DNA of 63,185 nt, the filler included, from Lenisia limosa (lineage: Eukaryota > Protista > Breviatea), in NCBI GenBank assembly GCA_001655205.1. It is 16 parts of 16 records of this genome, joined end to end, with 100 filler letters (N's around TTAATTAATTAA, not from the genome) between each part and the next. Parts side by side here need not be neighbours in the genome. Positions count along the whole stretch, not along the records: positions 40,612 to 51,893 come from LPNZ01002447.1; positions 51,994 to 57,560 come from LPNZ01004854.1; positions 57,661 to 58,709 come from LPNZ01005846.1; positions 58,810 to 61,687 come from LPNZ01004686.1; 12 more parts are not named here. The stretch is one strand, 5' to 3'. The notes beneath the pieces are model-generated. The model made no database searches, had not been told where the DNA came from, and was given only the letters and a program-made list of their open reading frames with translations. Below are positions 49,898 to 61,787 of this stretch, piece by piece; positions within the stretch are counted from its first letter, which is position 1; every line of letters starts with the position of its first letter. The translations under genes were made by a program, and so were the position numbers.

Positions 49898-51635
49898 ATG
49901 TCACACTCCACTGGAATCAATTGCTCCGAGAAGCTCCTCGAGGAGTTCGCCGAGGCCAAATCTGGCAATCTTAGAGCCATCAAGGTCCAGATTGTTGAAG
50001 GTTGGTGCGTTCCTTGAATTGAGTGGAAATAATATTTGCAGAACAACTCGTTGGAGTCGAGACAAAGCCTGCTGTTGGCACTTTTGAGGAGGACTTCAGC
50101 CAAATTGAGGAGCTTTTCGATGAGAAGGTTAGACATCTTTCGGCGTAGCTGCTCTTACCTTCGCCAGGTCCCTTGCTACATGGTTTATCGTACTGATAAG
50201 CAAAGTGAGGCAGGTGGATTTGAGTTCCTCTTCATGTCCCACGTTCCCGACCACTCCGGAGTAGGCTTTGATCCACATTCGCAAGAATGTATACGCCTCT
50301 AAGGGTGGTCTCTCTTTTACTGATAACAGGGATGAGATCCTAATATTCCCAAGTTCTCTCTTTAAACTAAACACATTTTATGCTTCATTACTTCCCAGAG
50401 AACATCTTTCCCACATTCATCATTACTTTTTACATAACTGTTGCATACATAGCAACCAGATTTTTGATGCATAAAGTTCTAAGTTCAATAAACGAAATCA
50501 TACCATTTCCATTCCTCCACATTCAACATTTATAGTTTCATAATGGTTTCAATAATTCCCTCAGATCCGGAGCAAAACATTGAGAAATGATATCATTTTC
50601 CTCATAGCCTCAATAATCCTCTTAGGTCCGCCCCAAAATGCTCTACGCCGCCACTCGCGAGTCTTTCAAGGCCGCTCTCGGCAGTCAATGCTTCACTGAT
50701 GAAATGTTTGGAACTGTCAAGGTGAGCTTGGCGTTGTTTTCACTTAGGTTCGAAAAAAACTAAATTTCTCGATACATATCGATATTTTACTTGACCTTTG
50801 GATCCGAAAGTGAAGTTCACCCATAGTTGTGTGTATATTCTCAATTCCCTCCGAGGCAACACTTTAGGAAAACTGGTTTTATCTTCCTTAAAGAAAATAT
50901 ATTTATTTTCATTAGGCGGACTTCGATCTTGCCGCCTATAAAGCCCATGTCCGTCATCAGAACGCCGAAATCCCCCTTACTGAGCAGGTAAGCCCCTCCC
51001 ATACCCGCAAAAATGTGGAAATCAATTTTTCACACTANNNNNNNNNNNNNNNNNNNNNNNNNNNNNNNNNNNNNNNNNNNNNNNNNNNNNNNNNNNNNNN
51101 NNNNNNNNNNNNNNNNNNNNNNNNNNNNNNNNNNNNNNNNNNNNNNNNNNNNNNNNNNNNNNNNNNNNNNNNNNNNNNNNNNNNNNNNNNNNNNNNNNNN
51201 NTCTTGATGCTGGCGAGTTCGTGGCTAGTGATGAGGCTGGTGTCTCCAACGCCCACACCACTGGTGAGTTACCATTTTGTTAATGGATGGAGGGAAAACG
51301 ATTCTTCTTTTTCTTCTTCTTTTTTTTCTTTTCTTTTTTCTTTGATTCAGTTTGGAGGGGGAAATGATTCAGTTTGAGTTAAATAAGAATGGAGGGGGAA
51401 ATGATATCAGCATGATTTGAAAAGAATATTGATGGATACATAATATTCCCAGTTTGTTTTATTGTTCTCAGTACTCGTGTGTTTCCAGCAAACAGAGTTG
51501 ATTTCGCCCCCACCCCCCTTTTTTTTTTATTATTATTTAATTTTCTAATTGTACTCCGCAGTTCGTTTCCCAGTCTCCGATGCTGGTAGGGAGGCTCTCC
51601 GTAACATTACTGGAACCAACAATCTTGTTGCGTTG
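49898..51635 (+). CDS. TWF1: Twinfilin (ADF-H actin-monomer-binding protein), 5' portion
   Basis: MSHSTGINCSEKLLEEFAEAKSGNLRAIKVQIVE|EQLV...|VPCYMVYRTD...VPDHSG|VRPKMLYAATR...EMFGTVK|...PLTEQ|...|VRFPVSDAGREAL closely follows twinfilin (MSHQTGI; PDHSHVRQKMLYAATR; EVFGTVK). Confidence 0.92.
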
Positions 51636-52584
51636 GTATGAGGGAGTGAAATGCTGATGTAATAATGGAGTTATTATGTCAAGGTTTGATGTTTTATTTT
51701 TGTTCAGAGGTTTGCATTCTTTGGTTGGGGAATGCTGTACCATATATACTCCCTTGACTGACTTGATCAGTTGCTGGACAGGTTAGAAAAACTTTTATAA
51801 TAATAACAATAATAATAATAATAATAAAAAAAACAACCACCAGATCGGAAAGAGAGAAGCAAGAACATTATCGACTTTATTTTCCCACAATATNNNNNNN
51901 NNNNNNNNNNNNNNNNNNNNNNNNNNNNNNNNNNNNNTTAATTAATTAANNNNNNNNNNNNNNNNNNNNNNNNNNNNNNNNNNNNNNNNNNNNTTTAGTT
52001 AATTGTGCCGTAGGTAAGCGGGAGGGGTATCCAGAAGTCCACACCATGTTTTGGAGAAATTGAAGAACAATAATAATTCACCCATCATACTAGTTAACTC
52101 CTCCATGAAAGGAAAGGGGTGTATAGACACTACAAAGACCTGTAGTGTTAAAAGTTGTCTTGACATGTTAGTAGTGTTTGAAATTTGTGCTCATTGAGGG
52201 TTTTGGGATTATACACTATGTACATAAGTATTAGAAATCTCTTCTGTGACTATGTTCCTATCACTGTGTTTTTGCTTTCTAATATTATCATTATACATAT
52301 TTAAAAGGGTTCTCTACGGTACGAACAGACGTGTAAAACGTGGATATTCATCGAGGATTTATTGATAAATTTAAGAAAGATGGGACAGTAGGGAAGCTCA
52401 TAACATGTTACACCTCTCTACTCATTTGAGCTCCCACCTCTATTAGGAAGGGTATTAATAAGTTGGTTCTCCAGAGAGGTACATGCCTCTTCACTCTAAA
52501 ACATCAGTAAAAAATCATTCCTCCACGCTCAGTCCCTCCTTCTGTGCTTGACAGTTACCCCTTCCCCTCCTTCACACATACATG

Positions 52585-52662
52585 TATTGACCGGGATAAG
52601 TCTTGACCGATTTGTTGTGTTATTTTCCAAGGGAAATAGGTCAACACTTATCCCGGTCAGTG
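52585..52662. mobile_element. Tc1/mariner-like MITE (family B)
   Basis: TGACCGGGATAAGTCTTGACCGATTT...AAATAGGTCAACACTTATCCCGGTCAGTG, followed by TA. Confidence 0.7.
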
Positions 52663-52699
52663 TACATGTGCACATAACACACACAAAGCCCCCACCCCC

Positions 52700-54115
52700 T
52701 TACTGGAAAGTTCGGCGCTGAAGTTCGACGTTCACAACGTAGTAGCGCCAAATAAGTCGAACTGCGAATGTGACGGGGGGGGGGGGGNNNNNNNNNNNNN
52801 NNNNNNNNNNNNNNNNNNNNNNNNNNNNNNNNNNNNNNNNNNNNNNNNNNNNNNNNNNNNNNNNNNNNCTCTGTTGGCTAGCGAGGGTTGATAACAACAA
52901 AACAAAGGCCAGTCGCATCTACAGCACCGCATCCCATCACTCCAGCTTCTACAGCACCGCATCCCATCACTCCAGCGTAAGGGGAGGGGGGGAGGAGTAG
53001 CAATACAAACATCATATATTTCTATGATATGTAGCTATATGGTCGTATGGGGGTAGGAGGAGTCATCATAAGTTGACCCCCCCCCCTACTCATCATAAAG
53101 GTTGAAATAGTTACGGCTGCACGAAGGCACTGAAGAACTGTGGCTTTGGAAGAAAAGTAGTCCAACTTGTCGATTTCGAACTGGGAAGTGAGATGACATC
53201 AAGCGTGTTTCACCCCTCAATATCGTCACTACCTGCACATTTTGAACGCATAAGAAAGGAAAAAGAATTTGACATGGATAGTTCTCAAGGAGTTAAAGAG
53301 AAACATTGTGCTTTTTGGAAAAGATTGGGCACACCAAGACAATAAAAGAGTGGCCATACCAAGACAATAATCATCACCAAGCTGAAGAGTGCATGTTGGA
53401 AAAGAGACTTGTCTATCGCTGCCAACTGAAGACGGGTGAATAGGAAGACTTTTTATTTCATATTACGAACTTATTTTTGAAAACATGAGCAATAAAAAGG
53501 GGCATCTGACCGAAGCCGTCAACACACACCATCACGTTTATAGCACCCCACCCCCCACGGTGACATCTAGACTAGAGGGTTTGAACCAGTTGAACAAGGC
53601 TTCCAGTCCCTGGAATGTGAGATTATCCCATGATTTAGCAAACTCTTTCAAAAAGTTAAATATTATGCAGTCACACTACCAAATGCACTTTTGCTTTGTG
53701 TTCACAAGCACACCAACATGCCAATATGAATGACCCAAATGTGACGTGTTACTGGAAGATATGTATCTTGAGAGAGAAATTACATGACACAAAATCTCAA
53801 ATACATATTACATGTATACATGATATAAAATCCTGCCATTCTCCTATCAAACCCAGTAAATACGCAACAAAGACACAAACACACAATAAAGTCTTACGAA
53901 TAAAAATGTATAAATGATCGGAGTGGGGAGGGGGCCCAAACAAAATGAATTACAAACAAACATTGCGTATACACAACATTGAGTGTACATAACAGTGAGT
54001 GTACGCAACATTGAGTGTGCGTAAGGGTTTGACACCACTTCACCAACCTTGACCCCAGGCTTGTTAGTGCCCATGAAGCTGTCAATACGCGACTTCTCCA
54101 GTGGCACCGGAGGGA
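52700..54115 (-). CDS. Hypothetical protein (internal exons)
   Basis: Exons EFPPVPLEKSRIDSFMGTNKPG, GLEALFNWFKPSSLDVT, FEIDKLDYFSSKATVLQCLRAA and RLIWRYYVVNVELQRRTF have splice boundaries. Confidence 0.4.
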
Positions 54116-54516
54116 ACTCTGTCGGGTTACATATTGGTGGAATATCATACCAAAGGTTTGTTCCACATTGACAAATTTATTTTGTTCTGTTTTTTGAACA
54201 AGAGAGGGAAACAAAGGATACCTATGTATGTGCTAGTATATGAAATGTAGTTTCATAATGAAAGGCTGTTTTTGGAAAAACAGACTACAAGTCGCAAAGT
54301 ATTGATATGTGTAAAAGTGGAATGAAAAAAGAAGTGTCTGACAGAAGCTGTCCTCATTCTCCGCTATAATCATATTTCTGTCAAATGCAAATGGATGAGA
54401 TAAACCATGAATCCCCCTCCAAGCTTGGTAATTATGTGAAAACGAGAATAGAAAAGGTAGTTCAATAGGAGCATTACAATAACCTTATATAGCATGATTC
54501 ATTTGTGAACTGATCT

Positions 54517-54950
54517 CTATAACTCAAGCTGAACAACGCCCCTGTTCACCATCCAAAATTGACCCTGAAGCACCAAACTCGGTCTCAAAGCTGAACGACA
54601 CTCCTCGATGCAGTCGACCCGTCGGGGCTGGATCGTGAGATAACGGAGACAGCGCCGTCGATTATCAAACGTCTCTCTGTGCAATTGACGATGAATGTCC
54701 TTGGGCTTACTTTTTCGAGGAGGCAAGCTCCCCTGCGGTGAATGTGACATCGAATGGGCTCCACAACTTATCGACCAAGGCGGTAACAACTCAACTGCTC
54801 CCCTCTATCAAATCTTAGACTTCTTAAACAACATACCCATCACATAATTCGATTCAACGGCTTTTAGAATTGTTGCGAAATCCGGGTGTTTAAATATTTC
54901 GGTAGCTTTCGTTAAATATCGGAGTATTTCAAATAGGCAGAAATCGCTCC
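54517..54950 (-). CDS. Small spliced hypothetical protein
   Basis: Three exons with short introns splice in frame to SDFCLFEILRYLTK...NYVM|VVTALVDKLWSPFDVTFTAGELASSK|KETFDNRRRCLRYLTIQPRRVDCIEECRSALRP...LEL*. No start codon found. Confidence 0.35.
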
Positions 54951-54970
54951 TGAAAGCACCTTCGCCAAAA

Positions 54971-55720
54971 ATGAGAATTGAAGACGATTGGAATGACCAT
55001 GAAGATCAACAGCAAGACGAAAAGGACTTGCTTTGGTTCCATGACCAGTCAATTGGATTACCAACACAGCTTGATCTCGCCACCAAGTTCATCAACAGCA
55101 TGGATGACTCTCTGAAGTTTGGATATGACCCGAGCACCTTATCCGCAGAGCTTGAGGCTTATTTGGTGGAACTCTTTATGAAGTTCAATCAGGAAACTAT
55201 GATGGTCTTCCTACAGCTGTATGAGGAAAGTGATTACTATTTCAAAATGCATCTGCTTTTGGCAACTACTGCATCACCTCTTTGGCAGACATATTTGCCT
55301 TTAGCAGGCCTCTTGAATTTCTAACCAACACCCAGGTTCTACGACAATAGCAGTAATGTGTCGGCTGAAATGCGGTTCCAGTACCAAAAGGTCATTGAAC
55401 ACATCCGAAGGGAAGTGAAGGAAGGTTGGGGGGAGGGNNNNNNNNNNNNNNNNNNNNNNNNNNNNNNNNNNNNNNNNNNNNNNNNNNNNNNNNNNNNNNN
55501 NNNNNNNNNNNNNNNNNNNNNNNNNNNNNNNNNNNCCAATAAGGAGACCAGAGCTTATGTGAATGACAAAAAGGCCCTCTTATCCTTTAAGGCAATATTA
55601 TTAGCTCCACGATGGCAGAGCAACTACTCAAAATGGACAACATGGTGGGGAGGGTTCCACATTCGTTCCAAAAGACTTCGAGACTGTATCGAGTACCCGT
55701 TTATTTATGAACGGAAGTAA
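54971..55720 (+). CDS. Hypothetical protein
   Basis: A 117-aa ORF (54971-55324) and a continuing ORF (55358-55720), both with protein-like composition; the splice junction between them is unresolved. Confidence 0.4.
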
Positions 55721-56879
55721 AGCCCTGAAATAATGTGGCTTGATGTTATAACGGAAGTTAAGCCCTGAAATAATGTGGCTTGATGTTATATTTCTTCACT
55801 TTGGTAAATGAATTCAGTTCAAAATGCCAATTACCACAGCGTTCAAATATTACCTATTTGGGTTAGTGTTACATACTTACAACATCCACGATAAAATAAT
55901 GGCATGTCTTGACCGATTTTTTAAAAGGACAATCAGATTTGGATGTCGGTCATACTTACCACGTCACTATACACATTAACACCGTTTGACACAGTTTTTG
56001 GAATTGCCATGACCTTTTAGCTCCAGAACAGATATAAGTTAGGAGCTTTTCGAGCCCAGGTGAGGGGGTTCTTCTTTTGGTTCGATTCCGTTCAAAAAGT
56101 TCAAAACTACTATTCCCAGCCGGTGGTGATATTTCATTATTTTCAATTAGTATGTAAATGGCTATGAATATCCTCAAGTGTGTTTAACATTTGTAGATTT
56201 GTTATGGAAGAAAAATGCTAAAACCTGTGAGTAGGGAATATGAATTGGGTTTGTACTTTTGTGAGGAAGTAAAGGTTGTCTGTATGTTAACGACTTTTTG
56301 GTAAACATGTGAAGTCTATTCATGAAACCGAAATTGTCTTGATTTGAGCATTTTGCAGAAGATTATGGTGCAAATTTTTACTGTACAGGTTGAGCATACT
56401 GTTCTCAAAATGGGCCAAAAACGGCTTCCAACAAAGGTAGGTGCAAGGATATGTCTCAAATACATATCTTGATGGTATGGGTGACTTGTGTAATAATTCT
56501 AAAGGTTGCTCGTCATCTAACCGCGCGTTCTCCCCAACTTTCCCCCAAAAAGGTGAACAGAATGTCTTCAACATTTATCCTATTTCTCTACGCCATTTGG
56601 TTCAATCAGTTGTAAATAACAAACAAGCAAATGCTAATACCTTCCTCAGACCACCAAAATGTCCCCCTTAAAGAGAACTCCAGCCCAGCACCCCATTCCA
56701 CATGTTACTGTAGGTTAGATGATTACATCTGCGTCAGTTGAATTGTTAAGTTTCAAAATTAGTAATCTTGACATTTCACAATTCAATTGAAGTCCTTATA
56801 ATCAGCAACTTACATTATTAAGGTATCGCCTAGGGGTAGACAGGTCCACCACTACCACGACGCCCCTGCTCTGGTATGT

Positions 56880-57095
56880 TATGTCTCATGGATATGGCTC
56901 TAGTATGTCATGTCATGGATATGGTGTGGTGTGTCATGTCTCATGGATATGGCTGTGATATGTCTTACGGATATCTACTGTATGTCTGATGGATATGGCT
57001 GTGGTATGTCTGAAATGGCTGTGATATGTCTGAGATGGCTGTGATATGCCTCATGTCATGGAGATGGTTGTGGTATGTCTCATGTCTCATGGATA
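56880..57095. repeat. Degenerate minisatellite (TATGTCTCATGGATATGGCTGTG-like)
   Basis: Imperfect tandem units are visible. Confidence 0.65.
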
Positions 57096-57679
57096 TGCGA
57101 TCAAGTCATTTGCAATCAAAGTTGTTACTTCTTATGGCTGTGATTATCAACTTAGGATGGTTCTAATAGAATATAAAATAATAACATATTGGCCATATTT
57201 CAGACTGTAAAATATTCACCCATTCCTTCTTGCTTTTAACATTGTCATCCCAATTATTTCCTTCTTTTTAAGAGTTGCTCATATTTCAGTCGTCTTACCA
57301 AACTCCCATCAAAAGATCTGTGAAAATATCTCCTACAAAAAAGTCTCCTGTAAAAATATCCCCTGGCAAAAAAAGGCCTCCTGGTAAAAAGTTGCCTTCA
57401 AAATCCGCAGCCAGAACTCCCATTGTAAGTAGCATCAATTGTCCTAATTGCTTCAAAGCTCTATTGAATAACATAATAATTGTATTTCTCATATTTAGAG
57501 TAGTTTCCTTCATTTTACTCTAAATATGAGACCACCATGATTTCTTGACATTACGAAAATNNNNNNNNNNNNNNNNNNNNNNNNNNNNNNNNNNNNNNNN
57601 NNNNTTAATTAATTAANNNNNNNNNNNNNNNNNNNNNNNNNNNNNNNNNNNNNNNNNNNNTGTTTTCAAAAACAGCATC

Positions 57680-58709
57680 CAACAAGGGGGTGCGACCAGC
57701 ATCGTCCTGCATTGAAGCGTCCCCGCCACTGCCAAGTCAGAATACCGTGTGGAATTTATTAGTTGAGAACATCATATTTCAACATATCAACAGTGACCAG
57801 GGAAAGCCTTGACCGACATAGTCAGATTTCCCTTCAGAAAAATAGTCAACCTTCCATAGTCACGGTATATTATGCATAGAATGCTAGGAGACACAAATAT
57901 ATTTGTTATGGTTATACTGCACGGTTTCTGGGGGGGGGGGGAGNNNNNNNNNNNNNNNNNNNNNNNNNNNNNNNNNNNNNNNNNNNNNNNNAGGGAGAGT
58001 CACAATAGATAAATCATATCCCATCGTAGAAATAAAAAGCCCCGGCCGCCCACTTTTCAGCAAGGAAGGCGAAGATCTCGAGATGCCCCTTGCGGGCAGC
58101 GTAAGAAAGCGGTGTTCGGCCCTTGATGTCTTTCGCGTTCACTGCGGCCGTCAAGGAAGGGGTGATAAAACAAACAAAAGAAAACAAATTCATAATTCTG
58201 AGAATACTATGACTATTTTCAGAAACAGCGTTCTTTTACAATCACAATGGTAGCAAACCGTCACAATTGAACTTTGTCAGAATCTCAACGATGTTCTTGC
58301 AGCCCTCCTGGCAGGCCAAATGCAATGCGTGAATCTTGCGAGACGAGAGACTAACACGTTAACTGGTATCACTACGGCTTCCCTACAGTCCGAAGAAAGA
58401 CTGAATTTTTCGACAAATTCTCGATAAATATCGATGTTTTGCCGGTCTTTTTCGGACCGTAGGGAAGCCCAAGGTATCACAAAGAGCAACGACAATAGCT
58501 GTGTTCTAATACGGCTACAGGTAGGGCTTCATAGCGGTTCAAAAATCCCAGAATAATATCGATAGTTTTCGAGGATTTATCGACAAATTGAGTCTTTTTT
58601 TTGAACCGAAGTGAAGCCCTACTCTGAAGAGAATTGCCCCCTCCCCCCCCACGCATCCGGGAAGGCCTGGCACTCGAGGAGGAACTGGACCAATTCGGCG
58701 TTGTGCTGG
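57680..58709 (-). CDS. Ankyrin-repeat protein (fragment)
   Basis: Exons QHNAELVQFLLECQAFPDA, IHALHLACQEGCKNIVEILTK, VNAKDIKGRTPLSYAARKGHLEIFAFLAEK and GDASMQDDAGRTPL. Confidence 0.85.
58373..58472. mobile_element. hAT-like MITE (family A) with 8-bp TSD GGTATCAC
   Basis: 100 bp; TSD at 58365-58372 and 58473-58480. Confidence 0.85.
58522..58621. mobile_element. hAT-like MITE (family A), second copy in the same gene
   Basis: TAGGGCTTCA...TGAAGCCCTA, 100 bp; no TSD recognisable. Confidence 0.75.
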
Positions 58710-59124
58710 NNNNNNNNNNNNNNNNNNNNNNNNNNNNNNNNNNNNNNNNNNNNTTAATTAATTAANNNNNNNNNNNNNNNNNNNNNNNNNNNNNNNNNNN
58801 NNNNNNNNNGGGGGGGGGGGAGTATTAACCCAAAGAGATTAGGGGGATAATGATGCACCTTTAGTACTAAACGTATTTCAAATCCCAAGGTGGATGTGGG
58901 TGATTGCTAGGACTTCACTTCGGTTTGAAAAAGACCGGTAAAATGTCGATAGTTTTCAAGGATTTATCGGGAAATTGGGTCTTATATCGAACCGAAATGA
59001 CACACTAGTGTGGTGGGGGGAGGGGGTCTGGTTTAAAGGGATACTCTCTGAAAATCCCTAGGATAGGACAACATTGCTATTGCATTGTCCTCATATTTCC
59101 TAATGTACAATCTAAGTTATTCAG

Positions 59125-60056
59125 TCCTTCTACGGAGCCCCCCAAGAGTCACTATATATGCTTATAGTCATTACCCTTGCTGCCACCGCTGTTCTTATGG
59201 AATTCTTCGGCCGAGCTCTGAGAACTTGTGAGTTAGTATTTTTCATTTAAATACATGTACAGTGACCGGAATAAGTACTGCCCGATTTTCAATCACATAA
59301 TAAATTGTTCAAGACTTATCCCGGTCACTGTATATGCGTGTTGCTATTTTTTACAAGCAGTTATATTTTACAACGTCAATATTCTTCATCCTTCATTTCC
59401 CCCCATCCCCTCTCACCACCTAGACGATCTGATTTCCAACCTTGATGGTTTAAGTGACACTCTTTGGATTGGATGGGCAGTTCAGTTCCTTTTCATCGTC
59501 ATAATAATGGCTCATTTTGGCATTGGGTGGGGGGATTGTTGTTCTTCTTGTTGTTTTTCTTCTTTTTCTTCTTTGTGTTGTTGTTCTTCGTGTTGTTGTT
59601 CTTCGTGTTGTTGTTATTCTTCTTTTTTTTTATTTTTATTCTTCTTCTTCTTTGTGTTGTAATAATGGGTGAGTGTTTTGCTGCTCTTCTTCTTCTTCTT
59701 CTTCTTCTTTTTGCTGTTCTTTTGTTTCTTGTTCTTCTTTTGTTTCTTGTTCTTCTTTTGTTTCTTGTTCTTCTTTTGTTTCTTCTAGTTCTTCTTTTGT
59801 TTCTTGTTCTTCTTTTGTTTCTTGTTCTTCTTTTGTTTCTTGTTCTTNNNNNNNNNNNNNNNNNNNNNNNNNNNNNNNNNNNNNNNNNNNNNNNNNNNNN
59901 NNNNNNNNNNNNNNNNNNNNNNNNNNNNNNNNNNNNNNNNNNNNNNNNNNNNNNNNNNNNNNNNNNNNNNNNNNNNNNNNNNNNNNNNNNNNNNNNNNNN
60001 NNNNNNNNNNNNACCCCCTCCCTCCACCTCCACCACTAGATCCCGCAAACCTGTAG
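59125..60056 (+). CDS. Multi-pass membrane protein (internal or 3' exons)
   Basis: Hydrophobic exons 59125-59227 (SLYMLIVITLAATAVLMEFFGRAL) and 59424-59526 (DTLWIGWAVQFLFIVIIMAHFGIG). Confidence 0.5.
59260..59330. mobile_element. Tc1/mariner-like MITE (family B)
   Basis: CAGTGACCGGAATAAGT...ACTTATCCCGGTCACTG, flanked by TA/TA; intronic. Confidence 0.75.
59690..59847. repeat. 18-bp tandem repeat (TTCTTCTTTTGTTTCTTG)n
   Basis: About 8 units, running into an N gap. Confidence 0.85.
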
Positions 60057-60250
60057 TAACCATTTCTACCCTCTTTTCCAAATTGTACTTTTTTAAAAAA
60101 TTCGTTTTCACCCCCATTTTCTTTTGCTTTGTCGGTTTATTGTTCTCAACCCTCTGGTTTTGATAGCCAATTTTTTTGTTTTTTTGTTTCATAGAATTTC
60201 CAGATAAAAAAAAAAAAGTGTAAAAAAAAAAAAGAAGCAAGGAAGACTAC

Positions 60251-61512
60251 CTCAGTGTTGACGAGAGTCAGGACTGGGTAGGTAAATGTGTCAAAGGTGG
60301 GTCCGCAAAAGGTGTGGGAAAGATAGTGGAATCTAATTGGTTTCGTCAAATAGTAAGCTATCCACTCAACAAACGAAGCCGCCTATGAATTACCGGTCAA
60401 TGGCCAGGCGAATGTCAAGGAGAAGTAGAGATTCATGGATGTGAATGGTTGCAGAGAGGTTGCATGCATTGTCATAGACCACCATACGAATGAACAGAGA
60501 AACTGAAGTGCCGGCAAACAACGCACACAATACCAATCACAATGGATAGTGTGACTGGACGTAGGGGAATAAGCCGGGCTGGATGTGCGCAATGGGAGGG
60601 TGCGTGGCCCCAAAGGGCTCCTGAATTGCGGCAATGTGGATGTGGTTGTTTAGAAGATATTGGCAGATGAGCGGTGCGTGGGAGGGATTTCCCATGAGGC
60701 GTTTGTATTATATTTATTTAAATTTTTCGAGAATTGTCTGTCAAGAGTTGTGTCACCAGATGACAAATGTGAAGAAGCTATGTGACTTTTTTTAAAAGGA
60801 AACACTCTATGGAATTAATTAGAGCGATCGAATTAAGCTGGTCATCCGACACAAGCTCGTCAGCTGCCATGCATTGATAAGCTGCATACATATTTCTTGC
60901 GTTTCTGAGTTCCTCCACCAATCCAGGTTTGATTTGTGTTCTTTTGGGGAGAAACATCAATGCGGTTGATTTGTTTAAATCAGATGAGCTGAAGTGGGGT
61001 GAGTGAGTTTGCAATGGTAGAAATGAGCCTATAGATGCAACGAACCAAGATTGGTACTCAAATCCACTTTGTCACCACTTTCTGGAAGAGATACGCTTAC
61101 CAGTGCAGTTATCACATAAACCACACGGTTTCACATCGATTCCTGGAGGTTAGAAAACACATAATTACATAAATATTTTCCCAAACCTTTTTTGTTTTGA
61201 ATACACCTTCGGCAGAAAGACGACTGCGTCTCCTTTTACACCTCTTTGCCTTGCTAAATAAAAGAGTTACCCATTTCAACACATGCAACATTCCATATGC
61301 CTCAGTGCACAATATCGCCTTGACACTTTTTGGCTTTTGTAATATACGCTTTACCATTCTGGAGGATGGAAGGGGGTTGCGGTCCTCTGCCTCACGGGGA
61401 AAGTTCATTTGAGAGACTCCAACGCGCTGTTGTTGGAGGAAGAGGAGATAACCAGGGGCAGGGGTACGGTTGTCAACCTCAACTTTGGTCTGGATCGGTT
61501 TGCATAATTCAC
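60251..61512 (-). pseudogene. Degenerate intron-containing KDZ (Kyakuja-Dileera-Zisupton)-type transposase
   Basis: VVYDNACNL...IRLAIDR|FHYLSHTFCGPTF...YPVLTLVNTE, with a 61-nt GT-AG intron (60393-60333) inside DR|FH, matches the KDZ core pattern YDNAC...(V/I)DRFH...H..C...(I/V)N(S/T)(Q/E). GIVCVVCRH lies just upstream in another frame. An HMG-box-like segment (PAPGYLLFLQQQR) and PCGLCDNC lie further 5'. Confidence 0.6.
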
Positions 61513-61787
61513 CTATTTTATTTTCCATTCCCCTCCCTCCTCCTCCATTCCAGAACCGCATATGATATATATTCACCCCACCCCCCAAAATCAAATACCT
61601 TCTTTCTCTTTGCTCCTCCTCTCCCAGGTCTTTGTATTGTTTCAGTGTTCAGACATTCATTTGGGATGCGGTGCTGCAGAAGCGACTNNNNNNNNNNNNN
61701 NNNNNNNNNNNNNNNNNNNNNNNNNNNNNNNTTAATTAATTAANNNNNNNNNNNNNNNNNNNNNNNNNNNNNNNNNNNNNNNNNNNN

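Noticed and set aside
54517-54700. CxC/KDZ-associated cysteine-cluster similarity in RRVDCIEECRSALRPSLVLQGQF
   Set aside because: Only vague resemblance, the ORF ends immediately, and no transposase core is nearby in that contig.
60540-60700. YLLNNHIHIAAIQEP resembling the start of a LINE AP-endonuclease
   Set aside because: A short open segment that stops after about 50 codons, with no further endonuclease or RT motifs; it may be part of the scrambled KDZ remnant.
146-61743. Many short track ORFs containing X runs or ending ...LIN
   Set aside because: Artefacts of N gaps and the TTAATTAATTAA linker, or intronic low-complexity sequence.
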